Origin: Dehalococcoidia bacterium
GTDB taxonomy: Bacteria > Chloroflexota > Dehalococcoidia > GIF9 > UBA5629
Assembly (NCBI GenBank): GCA_016783155.1
Contig: JADHXB010000001.1
Location: 1,228 to 65,227, forward strand
Length of the DNA stretch: 64,000 nt
Direction of reading: 5' to 3'
Position numbers and translations under genes: made by a program. The notes beneath the pieces were generated by a model, which searched no databases, was not told where the DNA came from, and worked only from the letters and a program-made list of their open reading frames with translations. The number at the start of each line of letters is the position of its first letter. Position 1 is the first letter of the stretch. This document shows, one piece after another, positions 10,002 through 20,094 of this stretch.

Positions 10002-11887
10002 CAGTCGATTTCCTCCCTTTTACCGTCTATAATCCTGTATTGTCCCAGGTAACTCGCCTGGATGAAGGTCTGATCAAAGCCAGGAGCACCGGCTAATTCA
10101 ATGTACTTGACTCGGGAGGCAACAACCTGCGCCTCAGCTCGCTTGGTAAGGGAAATCAGTGCCAGTTTGGCTCCCATGCCGGCAGCGTTTCCTGCCTGTT
10201 GGAAACGGTTTAGAGGCAGTGATGGCAACATGCCAATTGTTACCGCACTGGCCACATCGATGTAGGTGCCAAAGGCTCCGGCGATAATCACCTGCTTAAT
10301 TTTGTCTTCAGGGCAGCCGCTCGCTTCTAAAAGTGTCTGGATACCGCTGCGGATGGCAGCCTTGGCCAGTTGCAGTTCTCTGATATCGTGCTGAGTGATA
10401 GTGATGGCTGGCTTCCCTCCTCGTTCTTCTTTACCAACCAATACAAACTCGCGTTGCCCTTTGTAGGTACGAACACGAGGGTGGTTGTCCGTTATTCTGC
10501 CGCCTTCATCGATGACTTTAGTCAGATAAAGCTGGGATAGGGCATCTAGTATACCAGACCCGCAAATGCCGATTGGTGGTGCTCCGTCAATCGTCTGGTA
10601 CTGTATGATATCATCTACAATTCGTAGGCGTTCGATAGCGCCAGTGGCAGCCCGCATACCATACTTGATATGACCGCCTTCGAATGCTGGACCCGAGGCA
10701 CAGGAGGTGGAAGTAATCTTCCCATCATGTATCAGAGAAACCTCGGTATTAGTCCCGATGTCCAGAGCCACTACTGGTATTTTGGCTGGCAGTACTTCAG
10801 TTGCCAGCAACATGGCTACATGGTCGGCACCAACGAAACCGGCGATGTTGGGCAGCAAGTGAACATATGCCCCGGGAGAAATATGCAAGCCCAGGTCGCC
10901 AGCCTTAACGTCCACAGCCCTGCTAACCGCAGGGACAAAGGGAGACAGAGCCAGTTGTTTTACTGGCAAACCGAGGAAAAGGTGGTGCATGGCGGTATTG
11001 CCGACTACTACTGCCTCGACAATCTCCTCTATGCCGGCGTTAGCTTCGGCACACAGGTCAGCGCAAAGTCCGTTGATTGCCTCGACAGCCAGCTTTTGTA
11101 ACAGCATGCCATCATCCGGCGAGTGTACGACACCAGTAATACGGCTGATGATGTCCTCTCCGTGGCTGATTTGGGGGTTCATGACCCCTTTGGCTGCTAA
11201 AGTCAGGCCATCGCTCAGATTAATCAGATAGCCGGCAATCTTGGTTGTGCCCAGGTCTATGGCTAACCCCAGTTGGTGGCTTGACTGGGGAAGAAGAGCT
11301 ATTACTTCGTCATTGCGGACTACAGCCTGGAACTCCCAGTTCCAAGAACGTATTTGTGTGGAAAGGACACGCAGGACATTAATGTCAATTTTGCCGCAGT
11401 TTAATTGGTGTTGCTGGTTTAGCACCTGGAGCAAACGGTCGGCATCAGCGTCTGGTGCCGACAACGATGGAGCTTCCATCTGAATGCGGTAGGCTCGAAC
11501 AGGCGGCTCCGGATGAACTTTTACCTCTAATCCCTCTACCTGGATTCGCTGGGTGGTGGTCATCGACTCGGGTGGCACAGTCAATTTGCAGTCACTAAGA
11601 GGATAAGTCTGACAGGCTAGACGCCAGCCCTCCTTCAGTTCTTGGGATGTAAATGCCTCCCGCTCGTTAGGCGTTGGTTTTGAGACAGTGCCACTTAGAA
11701 CTTGAACCTTGCATGAGTGGCATGTTCCCTTGCCTCCGCATACGCTACTGATACCCACGCCGAGCCGGCGAGCACAAGCCAGAAGGGACTCGTTGTTTTG
11801 ACATTCCCCTCTTCGACCTACCGGCTCAAAATCAATTGTACAAGCGGTCATTCTCTTTCTGCCTTGGCTTTTATCTTGTTGCTCCAC
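10001..11887 (-). CDS. reductive activator of corrinoid proteins (RACo; [2Fe-2S] ferredoxin + ASKHA ATPase)
   Basis: 628 aa. N-terminal plant-type ferredoxin Cys cluster (CGGKGTCHSCKV), then a long ATPase domain typical of corrinoid activation proteins. Translationally coupled to its neighbours. Confidence 0.85.
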   Translation of the reverse strand: MEQQDKSQGRKRMTACTIDFEPVGRRGECQNNESLLACARRLGVGISSVCGGKGTCHSCKVQVLSGTVSKPTPNEREAFTSQELKEGWRLACQTYPLSDCKLTVPPESMTTTQRIQVEGLEVKVHPEPPVRAYRIQMEAPSLSAPDADADRLLQVLNQQHQLNCGKIDINVLRVLSTQIRSWNWEFQAVVRNDEVIALLPQSSHQLGLAIDLGTTKIAGYLINLSDGLTLAAKGVMNPQISHGEDIISRITGVVHSPDDGMLLQKLAVEAINGLCADLCAEANAGIEEIVEAVVVGNTAMHHLFLGLPVKQLALSPFVPAVSRAVDVKAGDLGLHISPGAYVHLLPNIAGFVGADHVAMLLATEVLPAKIPVVALDIGTNTEVSLIHDGKITSTSCASGPAFEGGHIKYGMRAATGAIERLRIVDDIIQYQTIDGAPPIGICGSGILDALSQLYLTKVIDEGGRITDNHPRVRTYKGQREFVLVGKEERGGKPAITITQHDIRELQLAKAAIRSGIQTLLEASGCPEDKIKQVIIAGAFGTYIDVASAVTIGMLPSLPLNRFQQAGNAAGMGAKLALISLTKRAEAQVVASRVKYIELAGAPGFDQTFIQASYLGQYRIIDGKREEID

Positions 11888-12577
11888 TTATGCCTGGATT
11901 CTATAAGGACAGGTTTTCCTGAGACTGCAGCGGGTACAGACTTCAGCTCGTGTCCACGTTGCCATTTGTGGTCCTATGCCGATGACCATGGAAACTGATT
12001 TGCGGGGAACCATTATTCCTGAGGCGGTCAGGCTCACGCCGATTTCTTGTGTGTTGACCAGTTCAAATAAATTCCACTGCTCGGTAAGGGGCAAGCCAGG
12101 CCAACCCGGGCTAACAGGACTGCTTGTTTGATGCCCGTGCGATGTGGCCCGGCTGGCGATGAGTCTGCAGGCTTCTGGAGCCAGCATGTCCACGGCGGCG
12201 CTCCCGATGCCGTCCAGAATCATCCCGCGCAGAGTCTCGCCGCTTTTGCTGTAGTCTGTTACCTGTTTTTCCAGCTTGGGGCCGATGGTGCAAACGAGTG
12301 CGGCAAGCTCTTTTGCCTCCGGGAAGATTGTGGGTAGTAATGAGCCGTGTATCGCTTTGTCACCCTCCAGCGATACTTGGCCGGAGCTCATCCCGGTTAC
12401 CTGATAGTATTCATAGGCCACCGCTGGCTCCAGGAGATGAGTGTTCTCCACAGTGGCTAGTAGTTCAAGAATTAGATTTTTTATCTCAGGCCTGATTTTA
12501 GAATGTCCCCTGAATCCCTGCCGTCGCAGCACTTCCCCGGTCTTCAAGCTCAGGGGGATATCACGAATTGCAGGCAT
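11888..12577 (-). CDS. methionine synthase (MetH) activation-domain-like protein
   Basis: 229 aa. The segment SPGWPGLPLTEQWNLFELVNTQEIGVSLTASGIMVPRKSVSMVIGIG parallels the MetH reactivation-domain core (..[43 protein letters not shown]..). C-terminal CTRCSLRKTCPY Cys motif. Confidence 0.6.
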   Translation of the reverse strand: MPAIRDIPLSLKTGEVLRRQGFRGHSKIRPEIKNLILELLATVENTHLLEPAVAYEYYQVTGMSSGQVSLEGDKAIHGSLLPTIFPEAKELAALVCTIGPKLEKQVTDYSKSGETLRGMILDGIGSAAVDMLAPEACRLIASRATSHGHQTSSPVSPGWPGLPLTEQWNLFELVNTQEIGVSLTASGIMVPRKSVSMVIGIGPQMATWTRAEVCTRCSLRKTCPYRIQA

Positions 12578-12679
12578 GTATTTCTCTTTCGGGGCCTTGC
12601 CAGTGGCGATAGCATGCCATCAGCATGGCCCCGATACACAGCCTCTCCTCCACCATTATAACCTCAGCCCGTCGAGTAT

Positions 12680-14017
12680 CTATTTGTATACGCCGTATTC
12701 CTTGACGGTGTCAACTATCACCTTGAGATTCTCAAACTTGACCTCATCGAAGAACGCACCATTGGCCATGATATAACCGCCGCCTTTGCCGCAAGTATCG
12801 ATGAGTTTCTTGGCGTAAGCTTTCGAGTCCTCGGGTGTGCCTACGGTCAACAAATCCATGGGCATGTTGCCGCCGACGCAGGCAATGCCATCCAGTGCTT
12901 TCTTGGCTTTAGCCATATCTGTCTGGTCGAACAACCATGCAGTCTTACCTTTAGGTAAGTCCCGGATAACCTCCAGGCGCGAGTTATAGCCTCCCTCAGC
13001 CCAAATAAATGGTACCACTCCCTCATCAACTAAGCCCATGATGACCTTTCTAAGGGTAGGCCAGTAGAATTTCTTGAACTGCTCATCGGAGAGGAAACCA
13101 TCAGCGCCCTTGTGCAGGGGCATGAAAATCAGGGGGCATCCGTTCTGTTTTGCTGCGCCTACTCCCAGCTGAATAAACATTGGCGTTAGTGCTTCCATGG
13201 CCTGGATGAGCTTATCCGGCTGCCGGTACATATCCAGCATTATACCTCTAGTTCCCCTGAGGGTATCGCCAATCACGTCAAAAGGAGCTTTGGTAGCGCC
13301 AGCCTGGTAGGCGGGAAATCCTAATGCGGGCATCTCGTGGAGGAAAGCACCGACAGCCCCTATCCATTTCAGGGCTTCATCGCCGGCTTCAAGAAGAGCC
13401 TTATAGGCGGCTTTAACGGGAGGTAGACCATAGGGAATAAAAGGAAGGCTAACTCCATACATTTCGGTTAGTCCGGCGAGAGGAGGCAGTGTCTGGAGGG
13501 GCTCCAGCGCTCCGAATACGCGCGACGGCCAGATGTAGTATAAGAAGTACAACGCGTTATGAATCAAGATATCATATTCATCCGCCTTCATGTATTCGCC
13601 TTCAATACACTGGTAAGTGGTTTCAGGCGGAACCCCATGGCCGGGCCACTGGTATAATTTGAAGTCAAGAATCTCAACGAATTTCCCCGGGCTAGGCACA
13701 AAGGGGCCACCGTGCGCATCCGGCTGAAAGTCCGTGTAGAATTTTTTCCATGCCGGTGCGATTTTGTCATAGTTATACATGACATCGTGAGGGGTTAATC
13801 CGGAATAATAAGCGGGGGCAAAGCTAGGAATTAGAAAGACCGGCACCCTGTCAGGCAATTTCTTCAGTTGAATAGCATCTTTTATCCTGGTTGCTCTCTC
13901 CTTGTATAACTTCTCGGCTTCGGGGCTGGCAAACTCTACGCCCTGTGGTGAAAGCCACCCTTGAAACAGGGCTTCCTGCTTTTCATCTGATGTCATATCT
14001 TCCCATTTCTTTTCCAT
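12680..14017 (-). CDS. uroporphyrinogen-decarboxylase-family corrinoid methyltransferase (MT-I, substrate:corrinoid methyltransferase)
   Basis: 445 aa with a URO-D/MtaA-like TIM-barrel pattern (PDRVPVF..., PFDVIGD, IWAEGG). Sits between the corrinoid protein and activation genes. Confidence 0.7.
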   Translation of the reverse strand: MEKKWEDMTSDEKQEALFQGWLSPQGVEFASPEAEKLYKERATRIKDAIQLKKLPDRVPVFLIPSFAPAYYSGLTPHDVMYNYDKIAPAWKKFYTDFQPDAHGGPFVPSPGKFVEILDFKLYQWPGHGVPPETTYQCIEGEYMKADEYDILIHNALYFLYYIWPSRVFGALEPLQTLPPLAGLTEMYGVSLPFIPYGLPPVKAAYKALLEAGDEALKWIGAVGAFLHEMPALGFPAYQAGATKAPFDVIGDTLRGTRGIMLDMYRQPDKLIQAMEALTPMFIQLGVGAAKQNGCPLIFMPLHKGADGFLSDEQFKKFYWPTLRKVIMGLVDEGVVPFIWAEGGYNSRLEVIRDLPKGKTAWLFDQTDMAKAKKALDGIACVGGNMPMDLLTVGTPEDSKAYAKKLIDTCGKGGGYIMANGAFFDEVKFENLKVIVDTVKEYGVYK

Positions 14018-14053
14018 ATTTTATTTCCTCCTGTATATCTTTGCTAAGGATTC

Positions 14054-14686
14054 TTATCCAGCGCCGGCCCATTTCTTGGCCAGGGATACCCCTGCCATAG
14101 CATCCAGGCCGTAAGCATCAGCGCCGGTATATTTCCTTATCTCCTCGCTGATTTGGCCACCGCCAATCATGACCTTCACATTGTCTCTCAAGCCGGCAGC
14201 TTGTATGGCCTCTATAGTCTGTTTCATTGAATCGAAAGCCAACGCCAAAAAGCCGCTTAAGCCAACAATAGGGGCACCGCTCTCTTTTATCTTTTCCACG
14301 AACTTCTGCGCCGGGACATCCACGCCCAGGTCGTATACCTCGAAACCGTTAACATCGAGCATAAAGACGACGATATCCTTGCCGATATCATGTATATCCC
14401 CGGCAACAGTGCCAAAAACAACCTTGCCCACACGCTTAATCTCCGCTTCCTTGCTCATCCTCGGCTTAACCATGTCGGTTACTGCTTTCAGTATCTCACC
14501 GGAGTATACCAGGTCGGGCATGAAATACTCGCTGCTGGCAAAGCGCTTGCCCACGAGTTCCATAGCTTTCCTGGCATCTTCCAGAATTTTGAGTGGCTCT
14601 TCACCAGCACTCAGCCTGCCTTCAACGATCTTAAGAGCTTCTTGTTCCTTCAAATCAGCTAATGTGCTAACTAGGTCTTTAGCCAT
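14054..14686 (-). CDS. cobalamin-binding corrinoid protein (B12-binding_2 cap + Rossmann B12 domain)
   Basis: 210 aa. DxHxxG motif present (GDIHDIGKDIV) and GGG...cobalamin-binding region. First gene of the operon, with an AT-rich promoter region upstream (14687-15036). Confidence 0.9.
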   Translation of the reverse strand: MAKDLVSTLADLKEQEALKIVEGRLSAGEEPLKILEDARKAMELVGKRFASSEYFMPDLVYSGEILKAVTDMVKPRMSKEAEIKRVGKVVFGTVAGDIHDIGKDIVVFMLDVNGFEVYDLGVDVPAQKFVEKIKESGAPIVGLSGFLALAFDSMKQTIEAIQAAGLRDNVKVMIGGGQISEEIRKYTGADAYGLDAMAGVSLAKKWAGAG

Positions 14687-15036
14687 GTTTCTTTAACCTC
14701 CTTAATCTATATTGGGCTCTTTAGTCTGCTAGCGTTATTATATTGAACTTATTCGGCACCTCCCTTGTTATCTTTCTTAATCTTCTCGACCTAAAATAAT
14801 AAAGAACTCAAGATATGCCATATTCTATACCGTATTATTTAGGTCTTATTTTCCGTAACCTTCGCATCCCTGGCATATCTAGGTGCTACACATTTTGTAA
14901 CATTTGGTGATGATTGTCAATACCTTTTCTCGGTGCCCGTAATGCAGGAAGCCGGTATCCCTGGACCAAGTAGAAAATCCCATACCTTTTGAATAGGTGC
15001 CTTCACACTAAACTTACCTTCGATTAGCATTCTGAA

Positions 15037-15297
15037 TCAGGTCTTCTTTTGACGACTTTCGGGGTCAATGGCAAACGGGTCTATGGCACTAGCTGGGATT
15101 TTTAACGGTATTTCAAATTTCTGATTTGCTCTTGCTCCGGGGGTGAACGGAAAATCTGCCTTGGTGCCCGTTCCCGGTTTACTAAGATGTCCACGGTATT
15201 TTTCGCAGAAACACAAAAAGTAATGCCTGCCCCTGTAGAGGGCGCATTCCTCACACACCTTATTCGAAAATGGGCACATCATCTCTGTCTTGGCCAC
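15037..15297 (-). CDS. small Cys-rich hypothetical protein
   Basis: 86 aa. CPFSNKVCEECALYRGRHYFLCFCEKYRGH may bind metal. GTG start with GAGGAG SD 7 nt upstream. No family recognised. Confidence 0.35.
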   Translation of the reverse strand: MAKTEMMCPFSNKVCEECALYRGRHYFLCFCEKYRGHLSKPGTGTKADFPFTPGARANQKFEIPLKIPASAIDPFAIDPESRQKKT

Positions 15298-15409
15298 TGG
15301 CTATCTCCTCGGTTTCGATAAGACGTAACGATAAAAGAAGACAAGTGTCCTGCTGCCGCTGGTAATTATTCAAGCCTTCTGATAGTTATACCTCTGCATA
15401 CCAGCAGGA

Positions 15410-17014
15410 TTACGACAGCTTAGGTAATTCTGGGCTTTCCCAATCCTTTTGCGGATGCAACCACTTGGCCCGCTCTACAAATACGTCATGGTTTAGAGGC
15501 ACAGGTGGGTGGCAGATAAACTGCGGGTCAAACTCGTCCTTTATTTTCAAGAGCCATTTATGATAGTTTGGTCCGTATGCAGGCCCTGTCAAGTAGAGGG
15601 GCTGGTGCGAACCCAGGAGCGAGGTATAGAAGCGCTTTCTTATGTTTTCCTTAGATGTTTCCAGATAGAACTGGTCAACGCCGTCGGTATTTTCGTCTGG
15701 GTCCCAGTAGACAAGAAACTCAGAGTAGCCCTGATGGCCTAGCTCAAAGCTTTGGAACCAGCCCGGGTCCCCATAATCAGGCATCAGCGGCGGCGTAAAA
15801 TTCCTCTTCAGTTTGGCGTAGTTCTCGCCATGGGGTATCGAGTGCTCAAGCGTTTCTATGACATAATCCACGGAAACATACCCACCACACATAAGCCACA
15901 TACCAGCCGAGTCTGCATTCTTGAACCAGGATTCGTCCGTCGGACGGGTTCGCCGTGCTTCACCTCCGAGTGGAGTTATTATATCCATCAATACTCGCTC
16001 TTCGTATTCAAGCTGCTCCTCCGAAGTAAATCCTATGAGCAATACGCGAAGAACATGGAAGTTTTTGATTGTTTCTTCAGTCTCCTTTGACCACAGCTCC
16101 CAGAACTCCTCCTTAGACTTCGCACGGGCAATCACGCGCCAGAATATTGGTACCTTAGTGACTCCGGCTCCTATCTCTGCTTTTGCCATCTCAACCATGG
16201 TTTGTCTCATGGCATCTTTGCTGGGCATAGTAAAATTGATCCACCTTACTCTATTGACGGGAAGCTGCAGGCTGGTATGTGGTGAGATGCCACTTGGCAC
16301 AAGCCTTTCCGGTTGGAATGGCAGCAGCTTTATAGCCATTTTAGTTACAATTCCAAGGAATCCTCTATGCCCGGTGAAACCTCGCAGCAAGCCCCTGAGG
16401 TCTGGCCCTGGCCCCTCACTCCAGAAAGAGTCATCCTGGAAAGCTAACGAACCTAGCCTGACCAGTTCGCCATCAGGCAAGATGAGCTCAGTTCCCAGTA
16501 TCCGTCGATGAGGTAGACCAACGCGGTAGCTGAGTGGTGACCATCCATCACCTATCATATTGGCAATAGCGGACACTTGCGAGCCGCCCCCACCAATAAC
16601 AATATATAGTCCTCTTTTCATTGCCTCTTCTTGGAGTTGCGAGTAGATAACCCCAGAGCCGACAACGGCGTAGAGATGCTTATCATCAATCTCGAAATCG
16701 TCCATTCTCTTTAGGTCTATAAGCAAGGCATCAGAGACATGTGGATGAGAGCGGGGGCCATAGAATCCGGTGCTATATGGCACATACGGAATTTTATAGC
16801 GGTTGCAAGCCTTTACTATTTTCTGAACCTCCTCTGTGGTTCGTGGCATGGCAACACAGCCCGGGACCCTGGTCATCACCCTCTCATATCCCAAGCCACA
16901 CTCATATCCTCCCGGTCCAGCCCGATAACCCTCACAAATTGCCGGGTCAGCCGAAATATATTCAGCACCGACGATAGATTCCAGTACTTTATATGCTTCT
17001 TTAGATATAGCCAT
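15410..17014 (-). CDS. FAD-linked oxidase (GlcD/GlcE-like FAD-binding dehydrogenase subunit)
   Basis: 534 aa. N-terminal FAD_binding_4-type pattern (..RVPGCVAMPRTTEEVQKIVKACNRYKIPYVP..GGGG..). Third gene of a GlcD-GlcF-GlcD-like cluster. Confidence 0.75.
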   Translation of the reverse strand: MAISKEAYKVLESIVGAEYISADPAICEGYRAGPGGYECGLGYERVMTRVPGCVAMPRTTEEVQKIVKACNRYKIPYVPYSTGFYGPRSHPHVSDALLIDLKRMDDFEIDDKHLYAVVGSGVIYSQLQEEAMKRGLYIVIGGGGSQVSAIANMIGDGWSPLSYRVGLPHRRILGTELILPDGELVRLGSLAFQDDSFWSEGPGPDLRGLLRGFTGHRGFLGIVTKMAIKLLPFQPERLVPSGISPHTSLQLPVNRVRWINFTMPSKDAMRQTMVEMAKAEIGAGVTKVPIFWRVIARAKSKEEFWELWSKETEETIKNFHVLRVLLIGFTSEEQLEYEERVLMDIITPLGGEARRTRPTDESWFKNADSAGMWLMCGGYVSVDYVIETLEHSIPHGENYAKLKRNFTPPLMPDYGDPGWFQSFELGHQGYSEFLVYWDPDENTDGVDQFYLETSKENIRKRFYTSLLGSHQPLYLTGPAYGPNYHKWLLKIKDEFDPQFICHPPVPLNHDVFVERAKWLHPQKDWESPELPKLS

Positions 17015-17017
17015 GAC

Positions 17018-18328
17018 TTACCTCCTTTTACCTGTGCTTCCAATCGATGAGAGTACGAGTTCCGAGAAGTCGAGTACCTTCAAGCTTCCGCCGTTATTGC
17101 TAGCGGCTTTGGCGAAATTGTCCTTGCACCAGGGACAGGCTGAGACGATAGCTTCAGCGCTTACTTCTTTTGCCTCTACTAACCTTTGCTCTGCTGCCCA
17201 TGAAGCAAATTCTGGGAATGCCTCTTTAGTTCCACGGCCGGCTCCACAACAAAAAGCATTCTCTCTCATACGGGGCATTTCCACCAGCTCTACTCCAGGG
17301 ATAGAATTCAGAGTATCCCTCGGCGGCTGATAAATCCCGTTAGTACCTCGTCTACGCTCTAGAGGAGGATTCACCACTCCCCATAATCCGCGTTCTCCTT
17401 TCCACGGTACCCACGGTTCACTAAGCCGGCTCAAGCTACACGGGTCGTGGTATGTAAGTCGCAAATTAATCTTATTAGCAAGTTTTAGAGCGCCTTTTTT
17501 GATTAATTCGTCTACATACTCTGTAAGATGTACCACCTTGAAACCAAGGTCGGCAGTTGACATATTTAGTATCTTGGGGTAATCAACCTTCCACATTCGG
17601 TAGCCCTCAGCGCAACTGGTCAGAAGTGTTTTGGCGCCGGTTTTCCTAACAGCGTCAATATTACGCTTAGCCAACTTCCGTGCTTCATCAATCATCCCCA
17701 CGGAATAGAGCATATTGCCGCAACACCACTCGTCAGGTAGCAGCATAAATGGAGTCCCGGAAGCATCTAGTATCTTCGCCGTTGCCTGGGCTATCTCGGG
17801 ATGGATATAAGAAGCAGAGCAGCCAACGAAGTAGAGCACATCGGCTTTCGGAGAAGGCTTGATTTCTTTGGGGAGCCACTTTCTTCGATTCTCGTGAGGA
17901 GAGCCGAAGAAGTTATGTTGCTTCATTATTTTCTGGGCAATCTTTTTGTGTTCAGGCATAGGGCCTTTGCCATCTTTTACTGCCTTTATTCTGAGCGCCT
18001 CGAGGGTAAGCTCTATTTCCAGGTCAAGGTTCCGCTTGCAGCCCACATCGCAAGCGCCGCAGAGGGTGCAGGCATAAAGTATCTTTAAGAGTTCATCCGA
18101 GTAGTCTAGCCTGCCTTCGACCAATGCCAGCCCGATTCTCATTTTCCCATACGCGCCATAGGAATCAAACAAATACTTTGTGGCGCTGGGGCATCTTGTG
18201 CTGTACTTCACACCTGGCATGTATATGTGGTCCACCCAGGTACATCCTTTACATTTGATGCACCTACTCATATCAAAGATAAAGTTCTCTACTTGCGTTA
18301 CATCAAGGCTCACTTTCGATTTAGGCAT
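17018..18328 (-). CDS. Fe-S oxidoreductase with two CCG domains (GlcF / heterodisulfide-reductase-D-like)
   Basis: 436 aa. Two ferredoxin-type Cys clusters (CIKCKGC...CP, CTLCGACDVGC). CCG-domain signatures (FVGCSAS..WCCG, HDPCSL..AFCCGAG). Confidence 0.8.
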   Translation of the reverse strand: MPKSKVSLDVTQVENFIFDMSRCIKCKGCTWVDHIYMPGVKYSTRCPSATKYLFDSYGAYGKMRIGLALVEGRLDYSDELLKILYACTLCGACDVGCKRNLDLEIELTLEALRIKAVKDGKGPMPEHKKIAQKIMKQHNFFGSPHENRRKWLPKEIKPSPKADVLYFVGCSASYIHPEIAQATAKILDASGTPFMLLPDEWCCGNMLYSVGMIDEARKLAKRNIDAVRKTGAKTLLTSCAEGYRMWKVDYPKILNMSTADLGFKVVHLTEYVDELIKKGALKLANKINLRLTYHDPCSLSRLSEPWVPWKGERGLWGVVNPPLERRRGTNGIYQPPRDTLNSIPGVELVEMPRMRENAFCCGAGRGTKEAFPEFASWAAEQRLVEAKEVSAEAIVSACPWCKDNFAKAASNNGGSLKVLDFSELVLSSIGSTGKRR

Positions 18329-18338
18329 TTTATCCTCC

Positions 18339-19799
18339 TTAGAAGCACAGATTTCCGGGGTTCATAATATTGTTGGGGTCGAATATCTTCTTCACCCTTC
18401 TTAACGTCATGGTATAATCGGCTGCTCTCTCGTATACGAGCTTGGTCAATTCCTCCCCATAAGGCCTGGTGAAAAGAGCTCCTTCGCTCAGCAAAATCTT
18501 GGCAGCTTCATCGTATAAGCTTCGAACTCTTTCTGCCTCCGAGTGGCTGGCCGGATCATAGAAGAAGTTGAATTCCAAATGGCAAGCTCGGTTATGCTCT
18601 ATGGGCTGTAGATAGCCTCCGATATCGCTTATCGGGTAACCGTGTTTAGCAGCTATTTCCTCAATCTTAGTGATGAATTTTGAAGCTGAGGTAGGCTTGG
18701 TGATGAAGAAAAGGCTCTGGCATCCACCCTTATACCGTTTCTTCCAGTAGGTAACTTTTTTGGGCCACGGTTTGCGAAGCATTGGTAGTAGTTTCTTGCC
18801 CAGGCTGGGGAATCCGGGGAGATTGTTGGCAAGGTGAATTTCCGGAAATTCATTTCTTAGAATCTTGTCTAGTGCTTGCTCCTCATATTGTATTTTCCCC
18901 TCTGGGTCTCTCTGCATTCCACTTATTACTAAAATCAGGGTCCAGGGTGGTAAGGAGGCACGCAGCTTTTCGAAATCAGTAGACCAATCGTCTGCGATTA
19001 CGGTAGCCAAGTTGGTGTTGTTTAAGAGAAGGCACTCTTGACCTATTCTAATTCTCAGAACTCTATACAGAAACTCGATAGCGTAGTCGAGTTCACGAAC
19101 AGGAGCGAAAAGAATCTTGTCTATCTTAGGCAGGCATTCAATCTTCAAGTTTGCCCAGGTTACTACCCCCATTGTGCCTTGAGCGCCCTGGAGTAAGCGG
19201 TAAAAGTCCAAACCTGGTCCAGACGGCATGCCACCCTTTGACGGCGAATCAGGGTAGCCGGTTACACTGGCAGAACCAGTCCTGAAGATTTCTCCGGTGG
19301 GCCAAACCACCTCCATGCCTTGGAGGGGTTCACCGTAATCATACACCGTATTGGTAGGCATTTCTCTTTCCAGATAGTCGGTAACCACAGAACGCAAGGG
19401 GTGAGGTAATAGCGGCATTATCATTCTGAAGCCCTTTTTCCCTAGTTCGCTTGTGAGTTGCTCCCAGGTTACCCCGGCTTCTATCCTAACCCTTCTGTTA
19501 AGCTCATCGATTTCGAATATCTTGTTCATTCCGGTTAGGTCCAGGACGATGCCACCTTGTTTTGGAATAGTAGTGCCATAAAAATGTGCGCTGGAGCTTA
19601 CAGGAATTACAGGTATTGAATGCTCATTTGCGAATTTGATGACCCTTTGAACATCTTCAGTCTTTTTGGGTTTTACAACATAGTTCGGCACTCCCGATGG
19701 TGCAAGGCTGAAGTCCGTAGAATATTCCTTTAGAACCTTGGGGTCATCGGTGAACTTCTCTGACCCTACCAGTTTCAGGAGTCCTTCTCTTATACTCAT
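18339..19799 (-). CDS. FAD-linked oxidase (GlcD-like) with C-terminal FAD-oxidase_C domain
   Basis: 486 aa. FAD-binding PCMH-type N-terminal pattern (..VVKPKKTEDVQRVIKFANEHSIPVIPVSS..). Confidence 0.8.
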   Translation of the reverse strand: MSIREGLLKLVGSEKFTDDPKVLKEYSTDFSLAPSGVPNYVVKPKKTEDVQRVIKFANEHSIPVIPVSSSAHFYGTTIPKQGGIVLDLTGMNKIFEIDELNRRVRIEAGVTWEQLTSELGKKGFRMIMPLLPHPLRSVVTDYLEREMPTNTVYDYGEPLQGMEVVWPTGEIFRTGSASVTGYPDSPSKGGMPSGPGLDFYRLLQGAQGTMGVVTWANLKIECLPKIDKILFAPVRELDYAIEFLYRVLRIRIGQECLLLNNTNLATVIADDWSTDFEKLRASLPPWTLILVISGMQRDPEGKIQYEEQALDKILRNEFPEIHLANNLPGFPSLGKKLLPMLRKPWPKKVTYWKKRYKGGCQSLFFITKPTSASKFITKIEEIAAKHGYPISDIGGYLQPIEHNRACHLEFNFFYDPASHSEAERVRSLYDEAAKILLSEGALFTRPYGEELTKLVYERAADYTMTLRRVKKIFDPNNIMNPGNLCF

Positions 19800-20094
19800 A
19801 GTTTAACCTCCTCCTTTTAAATGACTAACTTAAAAGCTGCGCAATAGGGCAGGACGCCTGGTTTATTGCCTTTGATGAAGTCTGCTCTACTAGACTAAAA
19901 AGCAAGCGATCAAAAATAGGTAACTTATCAAAGAGCTGACATTTATCCGGGATTTCTCCAGATAACTCCCCGGGCTGCCTAATAATATATCTACCTTTTC
20001 AAACCCTGTCAAGTTTCCTGCCCTTAGAATTCAAGCCTGGTTCCACTAGCTCATGCACCTCAGAAATCAGCTCCTGACTCTCGAATATTGGTAA

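Noticed and set aside
9171-11483. Several 80-150-aa plus-strand ORFs (9171-9617, 9220-9678, 10670-11101, 10989-11231, 11241-11483) inside the MT-II and RACo genes
   Set aside because: They are antisense to strongly supported genes, have no RBS, and their products are low-complexity (Ala/Ser/Pro-rich). Typical shadow ORFs.
14687-15036. Possible cobalamin riboswitch upstream of the corrinoid operon
   Set aside because: Looked for the B12-box (GCCACTG on the operon strand, that is cagtggc on plus) and the conserved stem pattern. Not found. The region is simply AT-rich promoter DNA.
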